Below, one piece after another: positions 1 through 11,577 of a stretch of DNA of 20,389 bases; within the stretch, counting starts at the first letter, position 1, and each line of letters begins with the position of its first letter. The notes under the pieces are model-generated. The model saw only the letters and a program-made list of their open reading frames with translations, made no database searches and had not been told where the DNA came from. The DNA comes from Tubiluchus corallicola (lineage: Eukaryota; Animalia; Priapulida): contig JAQGDQ010001934.1 of the NCBI GenBank assembly GCA_030141605.1, positions 1-20,389 on the forward strand. Direction: 5' to 3'. The position numbers and the translations under genes are program-made.

Positions 1-271
1 ACCATAATAAATACAATAATCAGTAAGCAGCATTAAGCACAAGAATAAATAAACTTTAAATCAAATTATTTTACTGTTTTGCCCATTCATTTTGGTTCTA
101 CTGGAGTGCAGCGCACGTATTCTAGTCGTGAATCAAATTTGAAGCCTTCGGGAAGCCATTTTACCAGTCGTTAATTACTGCACGTTGCATCTCAAGTCGT
201 TTTGGACTTATCTGTCGCACTTAACTGCCTTTCACAAGATCTCCGAGTAATGGCGTTTTGTTCACTGCAAG

Positions 272-336
272 CCATTCAGTGTCCAGCGGCTGCCCATTTA
301 GTGTCCAGTAACTGCCCGTTCAGTATCCAGGGGCTG
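272..336. repeat. 22-bp tandem repeat, ~3 degenerate copies
   Basis: ccattcagtgtccagcggctgc / ccatttagtgtccagtaactgc / ccgttcagtatccaggggctg at 272, 294, 316. Confidence 0.75.
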
Positions 337-454
337 ATCAGTTTCACGTAAGCAGTGGTCTTTCGCATGTGCCATTTTCCCTTGGAGTGTAAGTGAAACG
401 ATGGCATTATATTGTTCTGTGTCGCTCTGAATTATGGAAAGGCGTTAATTATGG

Positions 455-752
455 AACTGACTGACTGACTGACTGACTGATGGACTTACTAACTGAGTTA
501 CTGGCTGACGGTGCTGACTGACTGACTGGTTGACTGACTGACTGGCCGACAGAATGAATGAATCAATAAATAAATGAATGAACGAACGAATGAATGAATG
601 AATGAATAAGCAATGAATGAATGGACGAACGAACGAATGAATGAATAAATTGGCGAATGAACGAATGAATAAGCGTATGAACGAATGAATGAACGAGCGA
701 ACGAACGAACGAACGAATGAATGAATAAATGAACGAATGAATGAATGAGTGA
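455..752. repeat. Compound tetranucleotide microsatellite (GACT)n followed by (GAAT/GAAC)n
   Basis: Directly visible; explains the 445- and 498- ORFs. Confidence 0.95.
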
Positions 753-1297
753 GTAAATAATTATATGTTTTGATGACTTTGTTGCACTTACTTTGTAACA
801 ATGGAAGCTGGTTTTAGTGTAATCCACCCCATCTTTGAAATGTCTACTAAAGGGAAGACCTGCTTTTATTAAGTGTGGCGTATAGCAATAGTTGCTTGGC
901 ATTTGATTAACGCTCGCGGATGAAAAAATCCGAAGTTTAAGCTTCTAAATTTAGGGCTGGTGTCGTCTCAAAATACTGTACGTGGGTTTTTTGCAGTGAA
1001 GACAGCAAACATCGAACGGCCAGAATTAGGAAATTGTGACGCGCAGGCAGTTTGGAAAACTTTTTCACGTGATGAAAAACCGTCCCCCAAAACCTTGAAG
1101 TTACTTCACTTTTAATTTGTGGGACGAAATGTTTGCCAAGCAAAACAGTTTTGCCTTGGGGTTTGTTGCTGAATGAAGTATTGCTTGTTTTCTTGTAGAA
1201 GTAACGCGGATATGCTCCTTGGAAGTGCTCCTTTACCAATTAATTAATAACAAATCAAACCTCTGCAACAGAATTAAGAACAATGTTTAAAATCCGA

Positions 1298-1504
1298 ATT
1301 GTGAGAGACTACTACTTCATGATGCCCAAAGTCAAAAAATTCATGTTTGAGTAGCTTCATTATGTTTTATCTGTAAGAAAAATCGTAACAAAATATAACA
1401 AACTAATTTGAGCCAAAAATTAATAATAAAGTGAGACTGAATAATCAAAATAAACTTACATCGTGGCTCTACTACTGTTGATAAATAAATGGTTTAACTA
1501 AGAC
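1298..1504 (+). repeat. Dispersed repeat, copy 1 (~207 bp, unclassified)
   Basis: attgtgagagactactacttcatgatgcccaaag...aaataaatggtttaactaagac recurs in direct orientation at 10680-10890. Confidence 0.9.
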
Positions 1505-1813
1505 GAATTGAAATCAAAATTAGAAATACATGCATTAAATCGTTTTGAAAACCCTACACACGTAAACGATAATATATATATTCATCCACAAATATTATTT
1601 ACCCATTTTGAATTATATGTATATATTGTATATAGTCTATTATAATTTGCGTGTAATATTATAATGTATATTTTGTTTTAAATATTTGGCACAGTAGTTT
1701 TTAGTTTGCACTGGACGCATTTGCCTTTAACAGTTGTGTGAATTTTATTCTCATGCTGCGATGTTCTTTTATGCTTTTATAGTTATGAATATCGATTTTT
1801 ATGGCAAATAAAG

Positions 1814-1817
<4 letters not shown>

Positions 1818-1861
<44 letters not shown>
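1818..1861. repeat. (TA)n microsatellite
   Basis: Direct reading; preceded by AATAAA, so possibly a retroelement tail. Confidence 0.97.
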
Positions 1862-1865
<4 letters not shown>

Positions 1866-1883
1866 TTAATTGTTAAGCAACCA

Positions 1884-2670
1884 TTAAGACAAAACCGGAC
1901 CCAATCTTAAACTGTAGGTCAAAACAATCTACTATTGTACATACTGTAAAGGAAACATACTATTTTTTCAAAAATAGCTTGCGTGAAAGAATTATTACCA
2001 CACAAAACACAATTTCAAGTTCGCGTCACTAGTTCCTCACTGTTACATGCATTTTGCCATTTGCTGGTTAGATGGGCACTAGCACCTGCATTTCGAAAGC
2101 GCATTGCACAAAAATAGGTGTTGTTCCTTTCATTTCAGATGTGTTAGTTTATGACGTAGTACACACGTTCCATAACTCATGCGTGAGCACAGCGGTAAAT
2201 TTGAATTTTTACCTTAAAACTTGCCTAGTTTTAGTACAACACCCTGAATATCTTACAGTAGCACTGTTCTTCAATTTTTGCTTTCACAAACACGTGCTAC
2301 GCGCTCGTGGAATATTTTTGCTGTTGAAAATTATGTTAGTTTGTGATGTCATCAATAGTTGGGCTCGCCCGCCGTTAATTAAGTTTTTAATCTTTCATTT
2401 AATTATCAGAAACGCTTTTGCAGTATTAATTGTGTTATAACGTTAAAACTTGCCCAGTTTTAGTACAACACACTAAATATCTCATGTAATGGCGCGGTCG
2501 AAACAGCATTGCGGGAGATTTAAAATGAAAGCAAACAAAAATTCCTTTAACCCGATTACGATATACGCATAAAATTGCTATAAAGTAATATAATTTTTAA
2601 AGAGGATTTTTCTGAAACCTACTTCAGGTGCCCCACTTCTTGTCCAGGTGCCCCTTTTCTTGTCCTTTAA
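1884..2670 (+). mobile_element. Non-autonomous TTAA-flanked DNA transposon (Kolobok-like), copy A
   Basis: Begins TTAAGACAAAACCGG and ends CTTTTCTTGTCCTTTAA (short imperfect TIR, TTAA at both ends). 2482-2667 is highly similar to 14206-14371; about 1921-2430 matches 15222-15630 inverted. Superfamily inferred from the termini only. Confidence 0.6.
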
Positions 2671-3248
2671 GTGCGCCAGAACGCGTTACGGTTATAAGGA
2701 GCTACGTAGCGAATTAAACGCGTTTACACGGAGGAATACCTGATATTATTTGTAACGTACTCTTACGAATTAGAAGCTACTACGTTTCAATAAGCGCTTA
2801 GCCATCGGACAAATAATTTCTATTAGCTAAAAGCAAAATCAATTAAGAGGCGCTGATACCCTGTATTAATTACAGTCATCATTGCTTTCACGCTGTGTGC
2901 ATTTGCGAGGTATTGAATTCTGATGCAGATGGAGAAGTTTGGTGTGAACCTTTTGGAATGACTGCAATTTTGTCGTCAAAGTGCACTGTGTTCAAGGTCC
3001 TCGAGCGTCGCCGTTTACAGACGTCTGTCGTGAAACGTAGTTTGTATTGAGCTGCGCCAGATGAACTTCCGTAAAGAATTGCTAACACCATGAAACGAAT
3101 AGTCATCAATTTGTCCAGTTTGATTAATTATTTGCTTGTCAAGTTATTAACCTGTTAAGAGCCTATGGCTTCTGTAGATTATGTGTAAACTGTCTGCTTC
3201 CATGCATGATATTGAACTGCCGGGCGGTACCTCGCCCACAAGGGCTAA

Positions 3249-3401
3249 AACTACCCAGGTTTGTTCTGTACCAGCAGATGAGAGGAAGCCAAGCAGTCTT
3301 TAACTACCCAGGTTTGTTCTGTACCAGCAGATGAGGAAGCCAAGCAGTCTATAACTACCCAGGTTTGTCCAGCAGATACGGAGGCCAAGCAGTCAATAAC
3401 T
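3249..3401. repeat. ~52-bp tandem repeat, 3 progressively shorter copies
   Basis: aactacccaggtttgttctgtaccagcagatga(ga)ggaagccaagcagtc at 3249, 3302, 3353. Confidence 0.9.
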
Positions 3402-3479
3402 CTTCTGACATCCATCTACGATACAACAGAATGATGTGTGAGAAAAACGATACCTTTATTGGCAAATTATATGAAGTAG

Positions 3480-3781
3480 ATTCAAAAATAATGATGAAAT
3501 AGAGTTTACACTGTCGTGGATTACACTAACTGGGCCAGTAAAAAAGCAGAGAAGACCACTTTTATACATGCCAGATGCATAACTTGCTTCAACAGAAATT
3601 TACATAAGCGTGAAAGGGGTGTTCAGTACAATTCAAAAATAATGATGAAATAGAGGTTACACCGTCGTTTTAAACACTAACTGGGTCAGTAAAAAAGCAG
3701 AGAAGACCACTTTTATACAGGCCAGATGCATAACTTGGCTTCAACACAAACTTACATTAGCGTGAAAGGGATAATCAGTAC
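3480..3781. repeat. 151-bp tandem duplication
   Basis: attcaaaaataatgatgaaatagag...gcgtgaaaggg...tcagtac at 3480 and 3631. Confidence 0.92.
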
Positions 3782-5000
3782 CATATTAAACGAGCTAAGA
3801 TGTAGACAACATTACTTGACTATTCCTTTTCGTACTTGCTTCTCTACTACAAAAGAACTGTATGCCATCATCATTGTCCCAACGTGATGCATCTTACCTG
3901 CTCATAATATGCAGCATCGAGATAGCTGCTGATAGCATGACGTTGCACATAACATGGTTTAGTTATAACGAATTAGAATTTTTGCTTAACTGTCTCGATA
4001 GTTTAATCTACGACATATATTAACCCCTTCTCCTATTCACATCTTTTTTTTCAGTACTAGTCGTTTGTTTAATATGATGTATGTGTTTTGTAATTATCAT
4101 TTATTATTTTTGCTCTTATTTGAATAATTGTGTAATTGTTTTATCTTTGTAATCTTATTGTGACACATCATTTTCCCACTGAATTATATTAGAAGTTGTT
4201 TTTATCTGTACGTTGTATCCGTTTGCTAATATGTATTGTACCAGTGGAGTGCGTTATAAATAAATTAAATTAAATTGAAACTCGTTCAGGGCCTCAAGCA
4301 TTTGCTGCATTTTGCACGGGACCATGAAAAACTGTTCTCACTAAGTAGCGACTACGTTATATTTAATAATTCTTGTAGGTTTCTACTCCTCATACATTGA
4401 AACCTTCATGCAAAATTATACATGAAATGTATTTGATCAAAGACATTTTATCTTAGACAAATTAAAAATCGATTTTTGACAAATAGGTTGAAAAAAAGTT
4501 CTCAGTATCTGCAGTGTTTGCACTGTAACAATGTACAGCGTCACTTGTGTGAAATCAGCTAAGGCAGAAAATTTCACCTATCCAGACACAACACTGTGAT
4601 AAACTTTGGACTCAAGTCTCCTCTATCTTTAAGAAGACATTCCTGTTAAAAGATGAAAGGACTTTGATTTGACCTTGGCTTGTGGGTTGGTTTTACCTGG
4701 AATAACAGCAGAGCAATGAACAGCTTGGGCAATTGGTGATCAATAAATTAGTGTGTACGATCACGCAAGTGTATACTAGACTATTCTACTAGATAGGTCA
4801 AGTTGGAGTGCCTGAAGAGGGCGTGTTTTCTATACATTGTACAATATATATCCGTATTATATGGAATTTTTGCTTTCTAGTCGGGTACATTTTTAAATCT
4901 AAACGACTTATAATATGAGTAAATAGATAATAGTTCATTAGGTGTCTGTAATTACGTTGATAATTTACAAACAAATAAACAATGTGCAGATTTCACACGG

Positions 5001-5200
5001 TGCTACTACTAGTACTACTACTACTACTACTACTACTGCTGCTACTGCTGCTACTGCTACTACTGCTACTACTGCTGCTACTGCTGCTACTGCTACTACT
5101 GCTACTACTGCTACTACTACTACTACTACTACTACTACTGCTACTACTGCTACTACTACTACTACTACTGCTACTACTGCTACTACTGCTGCTACTGCTG

Positions 5201-5253
<53 letters not shown>

Positions 5254-5322
5254 ACTGCTACTGCTGCTGCTACTACTGCTACTACTGCTACTGTTACTAC
5301 TACTGCTACTACTGCTACTGTA
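5001..5322. repeat. (CTA/CTG)n compound trinucleotide microsatellite
   Basis: Direct reading; explains the poly-T/A and poly-L ORFs. Confidence 0.97.
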
Positions 5323-5864
5323 CTGAATCTACTGTCTTCATTTGGTGTATTGTTTAGCCATTTTACAGAGCATCTTGTTATTAGAGTGTCTTAGCAAAGC
5401 ACCCATTTTTGTTCTCGAGCAGTAGTGAAGATGAAAGTCTGTTTCTGCTTAATTTCTGTAGGATTTCTTTTCTTCATTGCAATATTTCCGTTACAGCTTC
5501 TTCAGCTGGTGATTCTCAACCATTTCGCAAAGGCTCACTTCATTAAAGTGCAGACATTTTATGAAATCTGCAATTTTATGCATTTATGAAGACAGTAATG
5601 CTGACATTATGTACGAGACATAGCAATCATATGGTCGTGGTTAGATTTTAAAACATTTGCCACTAATTGGGTGGAAAACTACTGGCGCCTAGACCCTATA
5701 CACTTTACAGGAAGGCACTGCATAATGTTGAAAGGCAATAGATAGATACTTATAGATAAATATATATAGCATATATATATACATATATATATTGCATAAC
5801 TTATACACATTTACAGGTATCATAAAATACATGAAAATATTTTATGTATAACCAGTCGAAGACT

Positions 5865-6360
5865 TGTCCAAGGCTTTGGAATGACATAAATGATGAATTT
5901 AAAACAGTTCAGCCAATTCAAAAATTTAGAAAGCAATACAGAGCAATAATTCTCAACAAGTACAACACTTCCTAATTTTCTACACCTACTGCAGCAGTAA
6001 TACCACAATCCTGGTACAGATTATGCAAAACAAGGCATCATTGATAAATCTTTAGAGCTGCTGTCAACATAGCACAATCTACTATCTTTCTTCTTACCTT
6101 GTCCGCTAACTCATCATTCTACCCTTCCTGTGTGATCTAACCTTTCTCCCAGTTCTTTTTTTGTTCACTCATCCATTCTTTTTTATCAGGTTCACATGAC
6201 AGTGGGCTTATACAAGCCTTTGCTTCTCTAGGCCACTGCAGTACAGTTATTATTTTATGATAACGATAGTGTATGACATACTAATTTAATACAGTATGAA
6301 GTAACAATTTTGATGTCACTGTGTGCTTAATATGATAATAATAATAAATAAAATAAAAAA
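5865..6360 (+). mobile_element. 3' fragment of a CR1/L2-group LINE (ORF2 C-terminus, 3' UTR, A-rich tail)
   Basis: 5865-5975 translates CPRLWNDINDEFKTVQPIQKFRKQYRAIILNKYNTS*, matching the P.LWN.L...K......F+......L..Y terminus of LINE ORF2; ends in aataataataaataaaataaaaaa. Confidence 0.65.
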
Positions 6361-6599
6361 GACTGTTGTAGGCAATACTGTTAAACTAGAAAAATTGATT
6401 AGGCAAAAGTTAGTATTTTACATACTATTATCACATTTTAGACGAAAGTAAATTTACATATTTACATAGTGGAAAACTAAAATTGAATTACAAAATATAA
6501 CTTCACAAATTCACATCGACAACGCATGCGCACAAAACGTACGCAGAAATTGCACAAAACATTTAAAAATGATTAACATATACATTTTTACGGTAAGCC

Positions 6600-6870
6600 T
6601 TATTTATTTCGATTATCACATAGAATTTACATTATATTGGTGGTTACATATAGACATAATCGTTATTTCTAGCTAGTTTATCATTTTTCTAAGGGGGCAG
6701 CTCATAATTTTTGAGTAGTTAGTTCTTTAGTTTATTTTTGAGATTTTTTTAAACTCGTTGAAGATTTTGTTTCTTGGGGTGCTGAATTCCAGATATTAAT
6801 AGGTGCTTTAGATATTGAATTAAGACCTTGTTTAGGGTTTGTCTGAATTTGGTTCATGTCAAATTTATTG
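6600..6870 (-). mobile_element. Degenerate LINE ORF2 C-terminal fragment (CR1/L2 group)
   Basis: Minus strand reads ...KQGLNSISKAPINIWNSAPQETKSSTSLKK, then frameshifts; fits the G..SI.....WNS.P..K.S.SL..FK..LK motif. Boundaries approximate. Confidence 0.5.
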
Positions 6871-6942
6871 ACTGATATAAACACACAATCAACGGGATCT
6901 GTTCACAGCAGAATCAGTATATAAAAAAATAACATTCGAAAT

Positions 6943-7112
6943 AAACTGCTGACGCAAAGCCATTGTTGTGACGTCATCCATTATACTCTGCTTATAACTT
7001 TAATTCAGTAAAAGCTGCTGGCTTTGCGTTAGGAAAATAAACGAACACGTTCGCGTTTTATTGATTATGAGTGTAATTATACGCAAAATTTTTTGCGGGG
7101 CCTTTGCTAGTT
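6943..7112 (+). repeat. Dispersed repeat R, copy 1 (upstream of exon A)
   Basis: aaactgctgacgcaaagccattgtt.tgacgtcatccattatactctg...cctttgctagtt recurs at 16820-17013. Confidence 0.9.
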
Positions 7113-7415
7113 CGAAATTATTTTCTACAAAATTTGCCATTACAACTGAAGTTATGTCCAGTTTTATAAATTATTACAGGTTTATCAGTTATAATTTTGA
7201 GAATCTGATCCTATTATCATACATATTTAACGTCTCTGTTACAAAATCAAGCGCCAAATTTGTTCATATTTGAAAAACTGACCGTAAATTTGAAAAATCC
7301 ACGTGATTATAGTTCATTCTTAAATTATGAGTATGTGTGCTTTCACATATGACATGGTGCTGATGTTGCAAAATACATAATCTTATAAGACAAAATAATA
7401 GTAAAGTTGGAGAGC

Positions 7416-7946
7416 AATAAGCCTTTTCACAGTTCCAGTGATTGATGATGATCGTGTAAAGATCAAAGGTCAAGTGAAACAGACAACACGTTTGTGTACA
7501 CTTGACAACACCTCGCAACCCATGCTATTGTAATAGTAACGGTTTTAACAGCTAGCTAGAACCTTACCTAGTTCATTTTTTCTTGTTCCCAAGTAAAATC
7601 CTGCTAGTAAATTCCTCTACACCCAGACTAATGCATTATTATGTAAAGTCCATGTAAAACAATTGAAGTTCTGAACCGATGCGGGAGACAACTTTGCTTT
7701 ATCCTGGTTCATTTCTTTTTGTTCCCAAGAAAGATCGTGCTAGTAAATCACTCTACGCACAGACTAATGCATAATTATGTAAAGTCCACGTAAAACAACT
7801 GAATTTACTGAACCGATGCGGCAGTCGGCTTTGCTTTATCCAATTGTCACGTGACGGTTGTAGTTAAGGCGCGCTGCTGTGGTTCACTTAACCTTTGACC
7901 TATAGCAACTGTGCATGTGCACAAGGAAACTGTGAAAAGGCTTATT
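7416..7946. mobile_element. MITE with 19-bp perfect terminal inverted match, subterminal inverted repeats and an internal ~136-bp tandem duplication
   Basis: AATAAGCCTTTTCACAGTT (7416-7434) vs AACTGTGAAAAGGCTTATT (7928-7946); tcaaaggtcaagtgaa (~7462) vs ttcacttaacctttga (~7883); internal repeat 7571-7704 / 7706-7841. An AT target duplication (PIF/ISL2EU-like) is possible but only inferred. Confidence 0.8.
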
Positions 7947-8034
7947 ATACAATGTACATTTTTATAGTAATGTCTGGATGCTTGCATATGTTGATTATTA
8001 ATTTGTATGTTAATTTTCTGTGTCTTATTTGCAG

Positions 8035-8225
8035 GTGTTACATTTGGACTGGAGGCCACTGATTCGGGACACGGCCTTCTATGGTCTCTCAATTGGTTGT
8101 TTCATCGGTTTTGCCTGGGACACGGAGTTCGAGATTTGGGAGGCATGTGTCCTTCTTGTCCTTTACCTTGTCTACATCTGTATCATGAAATTTAATCCTC
8201 AGTTGATGATTCTCATGGAAAATTG
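8035..8225 (+). CDS. SLC24A: Internal exon A of a K+-dependent Na+/Ca2+ exchanger (SLC24/NCKX family), transmembrane helices after the alpha-1 repeat
   Basis: Acceptor ttattttgcAG (8033-8034), donor TG|GTAAGT (8226). Translation VLHLDWRPLIRDTAFYGLSIGCFIGFAWDTEFEIWEACVLLVLYLVYICIMKFNPQLMILMEN(W) matches the NCKX pattern L.L.W.PL.RD..FY...D....WE...L...Y..Y...MKFN as recalled from family knowledge. Starts phase 0, ends phase 2. The paralog cannot be assigned. Confidence 0.9.
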
Positions 8226-8230
8226 GTAAG

Positions 8231-10312
8231 TTGTCTTACTTATCTTTCTTATTCTTATCTCATATTTGCTTTTCTTTCTTACCTTCTCTCATCTCTTACC
8301 TTTCTTATTCTTATCTCATATTCGCTTTTCTTTCTTACCTTCTCTCATCTCTTACATTTCTTATTGTTATCTCATATTTGCGTCTCTTTCTTACCTTCTC
8401 TCATCTCTTACATTTCTTATTGTTATCTCATATTCGCGTCTCTTTCTTACCTTCTCTCATCTCTTACCTTTCTTATTCTTATCTCATATTCGCTTTTCTT
8501 TCTTACCTCTTTCTCATCTCTTACCTTTCTTATTCTTATCTCATATTCGCTTTTCTTTCTTACCTTCTCTCATCTCTTACCTTTCTTATTCTTATCTCAT
8601 ATTCGCATCTCTTTCTTACCTTCTCTCATCTCTTACCTTTCTTATTCTGATCTCATATTCGCTTTTCTTTCTTACCTCTTTCTCATCTCTTACCTTTCTT
8701 ATTCTTACCTCATATTCGCTTTTCTTTCTTACCTTCTCTCATCTCTTACCTTTCTTATTCTTATCTCATATTCGCTTTTCTTTCTTACCTCTTTCTCATC
8801 TCTTACCTTTCTTATTCTTATCTCATATTCGCTTTTCTTTCTTACCTTCCCTCATCTCTTACCTTTCTTATTCTTATCTCATATTCGCTTTTCTTTCTTA
8901 CCTTCTCTCGTCTCTTACCTTTCTTATTCTTATCTCATATTCGCTTTTCTTTCTTACCTTCTCGCATCTCTTAACTTTCTTATTCTTATCTCATATTTGC
9001 TTTTCTTTCTTATCTTCTCTCATTTCTTACCTTTCTTATTCTTATCTCATATTCGCTTTTCTTTCTTGCCTTCTCTCATTTATTACCTTTCTTATTCTTA
9101 TCTCATATTCGCGTCTCTTTCTTGCCTTCTCTCATTTCTTACCTTTCTTATTCTTATCTCACATTTGCTTTTCTTTCTTACCTTCTCTCATCTCTTACCT
9201 TTCTTATTCTTATCTCATATTCGCTTTTCTTTCTTGCCTTCTCTCATTTATTACCTTTCTTATTCTTATCTCATATTCGCTTTTCTTTCTTACCTCTTTC
9301 TCATCTCTTACCTTTCTTATTCTTATCTCATATTCGCTTTTCTTTCTTACCTTCTCTCATCTCTTACCTTTCTTATTCTTATCTCATATTCGCTTTTCTT
9401 TCTTACCTCTTTCTCATCTCTTACCTTTCTTATTCTTATCTCATATTCGCTTTTCTTTCTTACCTTCTCTCATCTCTTACCTTTCTTATTCTTATCTCAT
9501 ATTCGCTTTTCTTTCTTACCTTCTCTCATCTCTTACCTTTCTTATTCTTATCTCATATTCGCTTTTCTTTCTTACCTCTTTCTCATCTCTTACCTTTCTT
9601 ATTCTTATCTCATATTCGCTTTTCTTTCTTACCTTCCCTCATCTCTTACCTTTCTTATTCTTATCTCATATTCGCTTTTCTTTCTTACCTTCTCTCGTCT
9701 CTTACCTTTCTTATTCTTATCTCATATTCGCTTTTCTTTCTTACCTTCTCGCATCTCTTAACTTTCTTATTCTTATCTCATATTTGCTTTTCTTTCTTAT
9801 CTTCTCTCATTTCTTACCTTTCTTATTCTTATCTCATATTCGCTTTTCTTTCTTGCCTTCTCTCATTTATTACCTTTCTTATTCTTATCTCATATTCGCG
9901 TCTCTTTCTTGCCTTCTCTCATTTCTTACCTTTCTTATTCTTATCTCATATTCGCTTTTCTTTCTTACCTTCTCTCATTTCTTACCTTTCTTATTCTTAT
10001 CTCATATTCGCTTTTCTTTCTTGCCTTCTCTCATTTATTACCTTTCTTATTCTTATCTCATATTCGCGTCTCTTTCTTACCTTCTCTCATTTCTTACCTT
10101 TCTTATTCTTATCTCATATTCGCGTCTCTTTCTTGCCTTCTCTCATTTATTACCTTTCTTATTCTTATCTCATATTCGCGTCTCTTTCTTACTTTCTCTC
10201 ATCTCTTAACTTTCCTATTCTTGTCTCACATTTGCTTTTCTTTCTTACCTTCTCTCATCTCTTACCTTTCTTATTCTTATCTCATATTCGCTTTTCTTTC
10301 TTACCTCTTTCT
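8231..10312. repeat. Pyrimidine-rich minisatellite, 56/57-bp unit, ~37 copies
   Basis: Unit tctcttacctttcttattcttatctcatattcgcttttctttcttaccttctctca; explains all the F/L/S/Y-rich ORFs between 8223 and 10334. Confidence 0.98.
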
Positions 10313-10572
10313 CCACCATAGAATACTGTATTAAGAATTGGACGATGTAAATTAATTTGTTCATTAGCACCAGAACGAAGTGCTCGGGATTTGTTACGGC
10401 ACATTAAAAGATCAGAAAGGCATGAAGGTGCCAAACCACGTAGTATTTTGTAGGTGATACAAAGAATTTTAAATTGATTTCGGTACTTCATTGGTAAACA
10501 ATGTAACTCTCTCAGAATGTGTGTAATATGATCATATTTTCTAGTTTTCGTAATGAGACGGACTGCTATTGA
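10309..10572 (-). mobile_element. L2/CR1-group LINE ORF2 C-terminal fragment
   Basis: Minus strand AVRLITKTRKYDHITHILRELHCLPMKYRNQFKILCITYKILRGLAPSCLSDLL...RALRS...L..P.....YGGER matches the classic L2-type motif ARL.....K..HITP.L..LHWLP...RI.FK.....YK...GLAP.YL. Confidence 0.88.
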
Positions 10573-10679
10573 GCTTCATAGAGGCAAAAGTAATTTAGTC
10601 AAAATAATTAGAAATATTTTTTTTTCGTCACCTGCAATTTTGCCGCTATGGGAATGCAAAATGTATAAATGCAATAATG

Positions 10680-10890
10680 ATTGTGAGAGACTACTACTTC
10701 ATGATGCCCAAAGTTAAAAAATTCATGTTTGAGTAGCTTTATTACGTTTTATCTGTAAGAAAAATCATAACAAAATATAACAAACTAATTTGAGCCAAAA
10801 AAGAAACAAAGAAATTAATAATAAAGTGAGACTGAATAAACTTACATCATGGCTCTACTACTCTTGTCAAATAAATGGTTTAACTGAGAC
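10680..10890 (+). repeat. Dispersed repeat, copy 2
   Basis: Near-identical to 1298-1504 with small indels. Confidence 0.9.
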
Positions 10891-11577
10891 AAACAACAAC
10901 AACAACTCTCTTAGCCAAGAATAGACTGCCAACAGACCAGGTAAACCAGCTCTGTCAGTAGAGCATGGCAGAAAGAAGCCAAGTCAAGACATACATGCAT
11001 GAATGCAGTTAAAGGATAGTGTAGGGGGGGTTACAGAATGAGAGAACACTGAAGTAATAAAATAACCTAAAATCCTTCACAATAATTTTAATGAGCGAAT
11101 AGCCGAGCTGGTCTAATTGTCAAATGTAAATACGCTGTAAGTTAGAGTGGATTTTTGACTTTGCAATTAAGCTCCCTGTACACACGTGTACAGAGTCCGT
11201 GTTTGATTAGTTTGTGAAACATCAGCGAACTTCATTAATTTGACTAAATGACGGTGGAGATTTCTGGCTTCTTCAAACAATTTCATAATGAGCAGCAGAG
11301 CGATTTTAATCATCAAGTTTTAATTGTTCATCAGTTTCGGTAATTTGTTTCTGCTTGTTCGCAGTTAATAAATCAACTAATGGGTCTTGAGGCTGTAGGG
11401 GTCTTACAGAATGAATTCCAGACCCCCGGAATTTAAAGGGCTTCTGCGTGGTGGTTAATATTTCTGTTCACAACGCAGAATTAAATCCACTGAAGCCCTG
11501 GTTTCTTGTCTGTGGTAGCATTACTGCCACGATGCGCTGAAGCTATGACAAAGCAGGCTGCTAACAGCGATACTGCC

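Noticed and set aside
445-902. FIHS-repeat ORFs
   Set aside because: Translations of the (GAAT)n/(GACT)n microsatellite.
937-1239. 100-aa minus-strand ORF
   Set aside because: No ATG start, recognisable motif or splice support.
2888-3109. 73-aa ORF with a weakly signal-peptide-like start
   Set aside because: Short, no recognisable homology; compatible with chance.
3249-3401. Possible hammerhead ribozyme tandem
   Set aside because: Has CAGATGA rather than the CTGATGA core and no correctly placed GAAA or stems.
4942-5394. Thr/Ala-rich mucin- or antifreeze-like ORF and poly-Leu ORF
   Set aside because: Trinucleotide microsatellite with no supporting gene structure.
8223-10334. ORFs of 139-647 aa resembling membrane proteins
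   Set aside because: Translations of the stop-poor 56-bp pyrimidine minisatellite; open in all three frames.
1298-10890. Direct repeats as LTRs of a retrotransposon
   Set aside because: No TG...CA pair, primer-binding site or gag/pol remnants; the interior holds a host exon.
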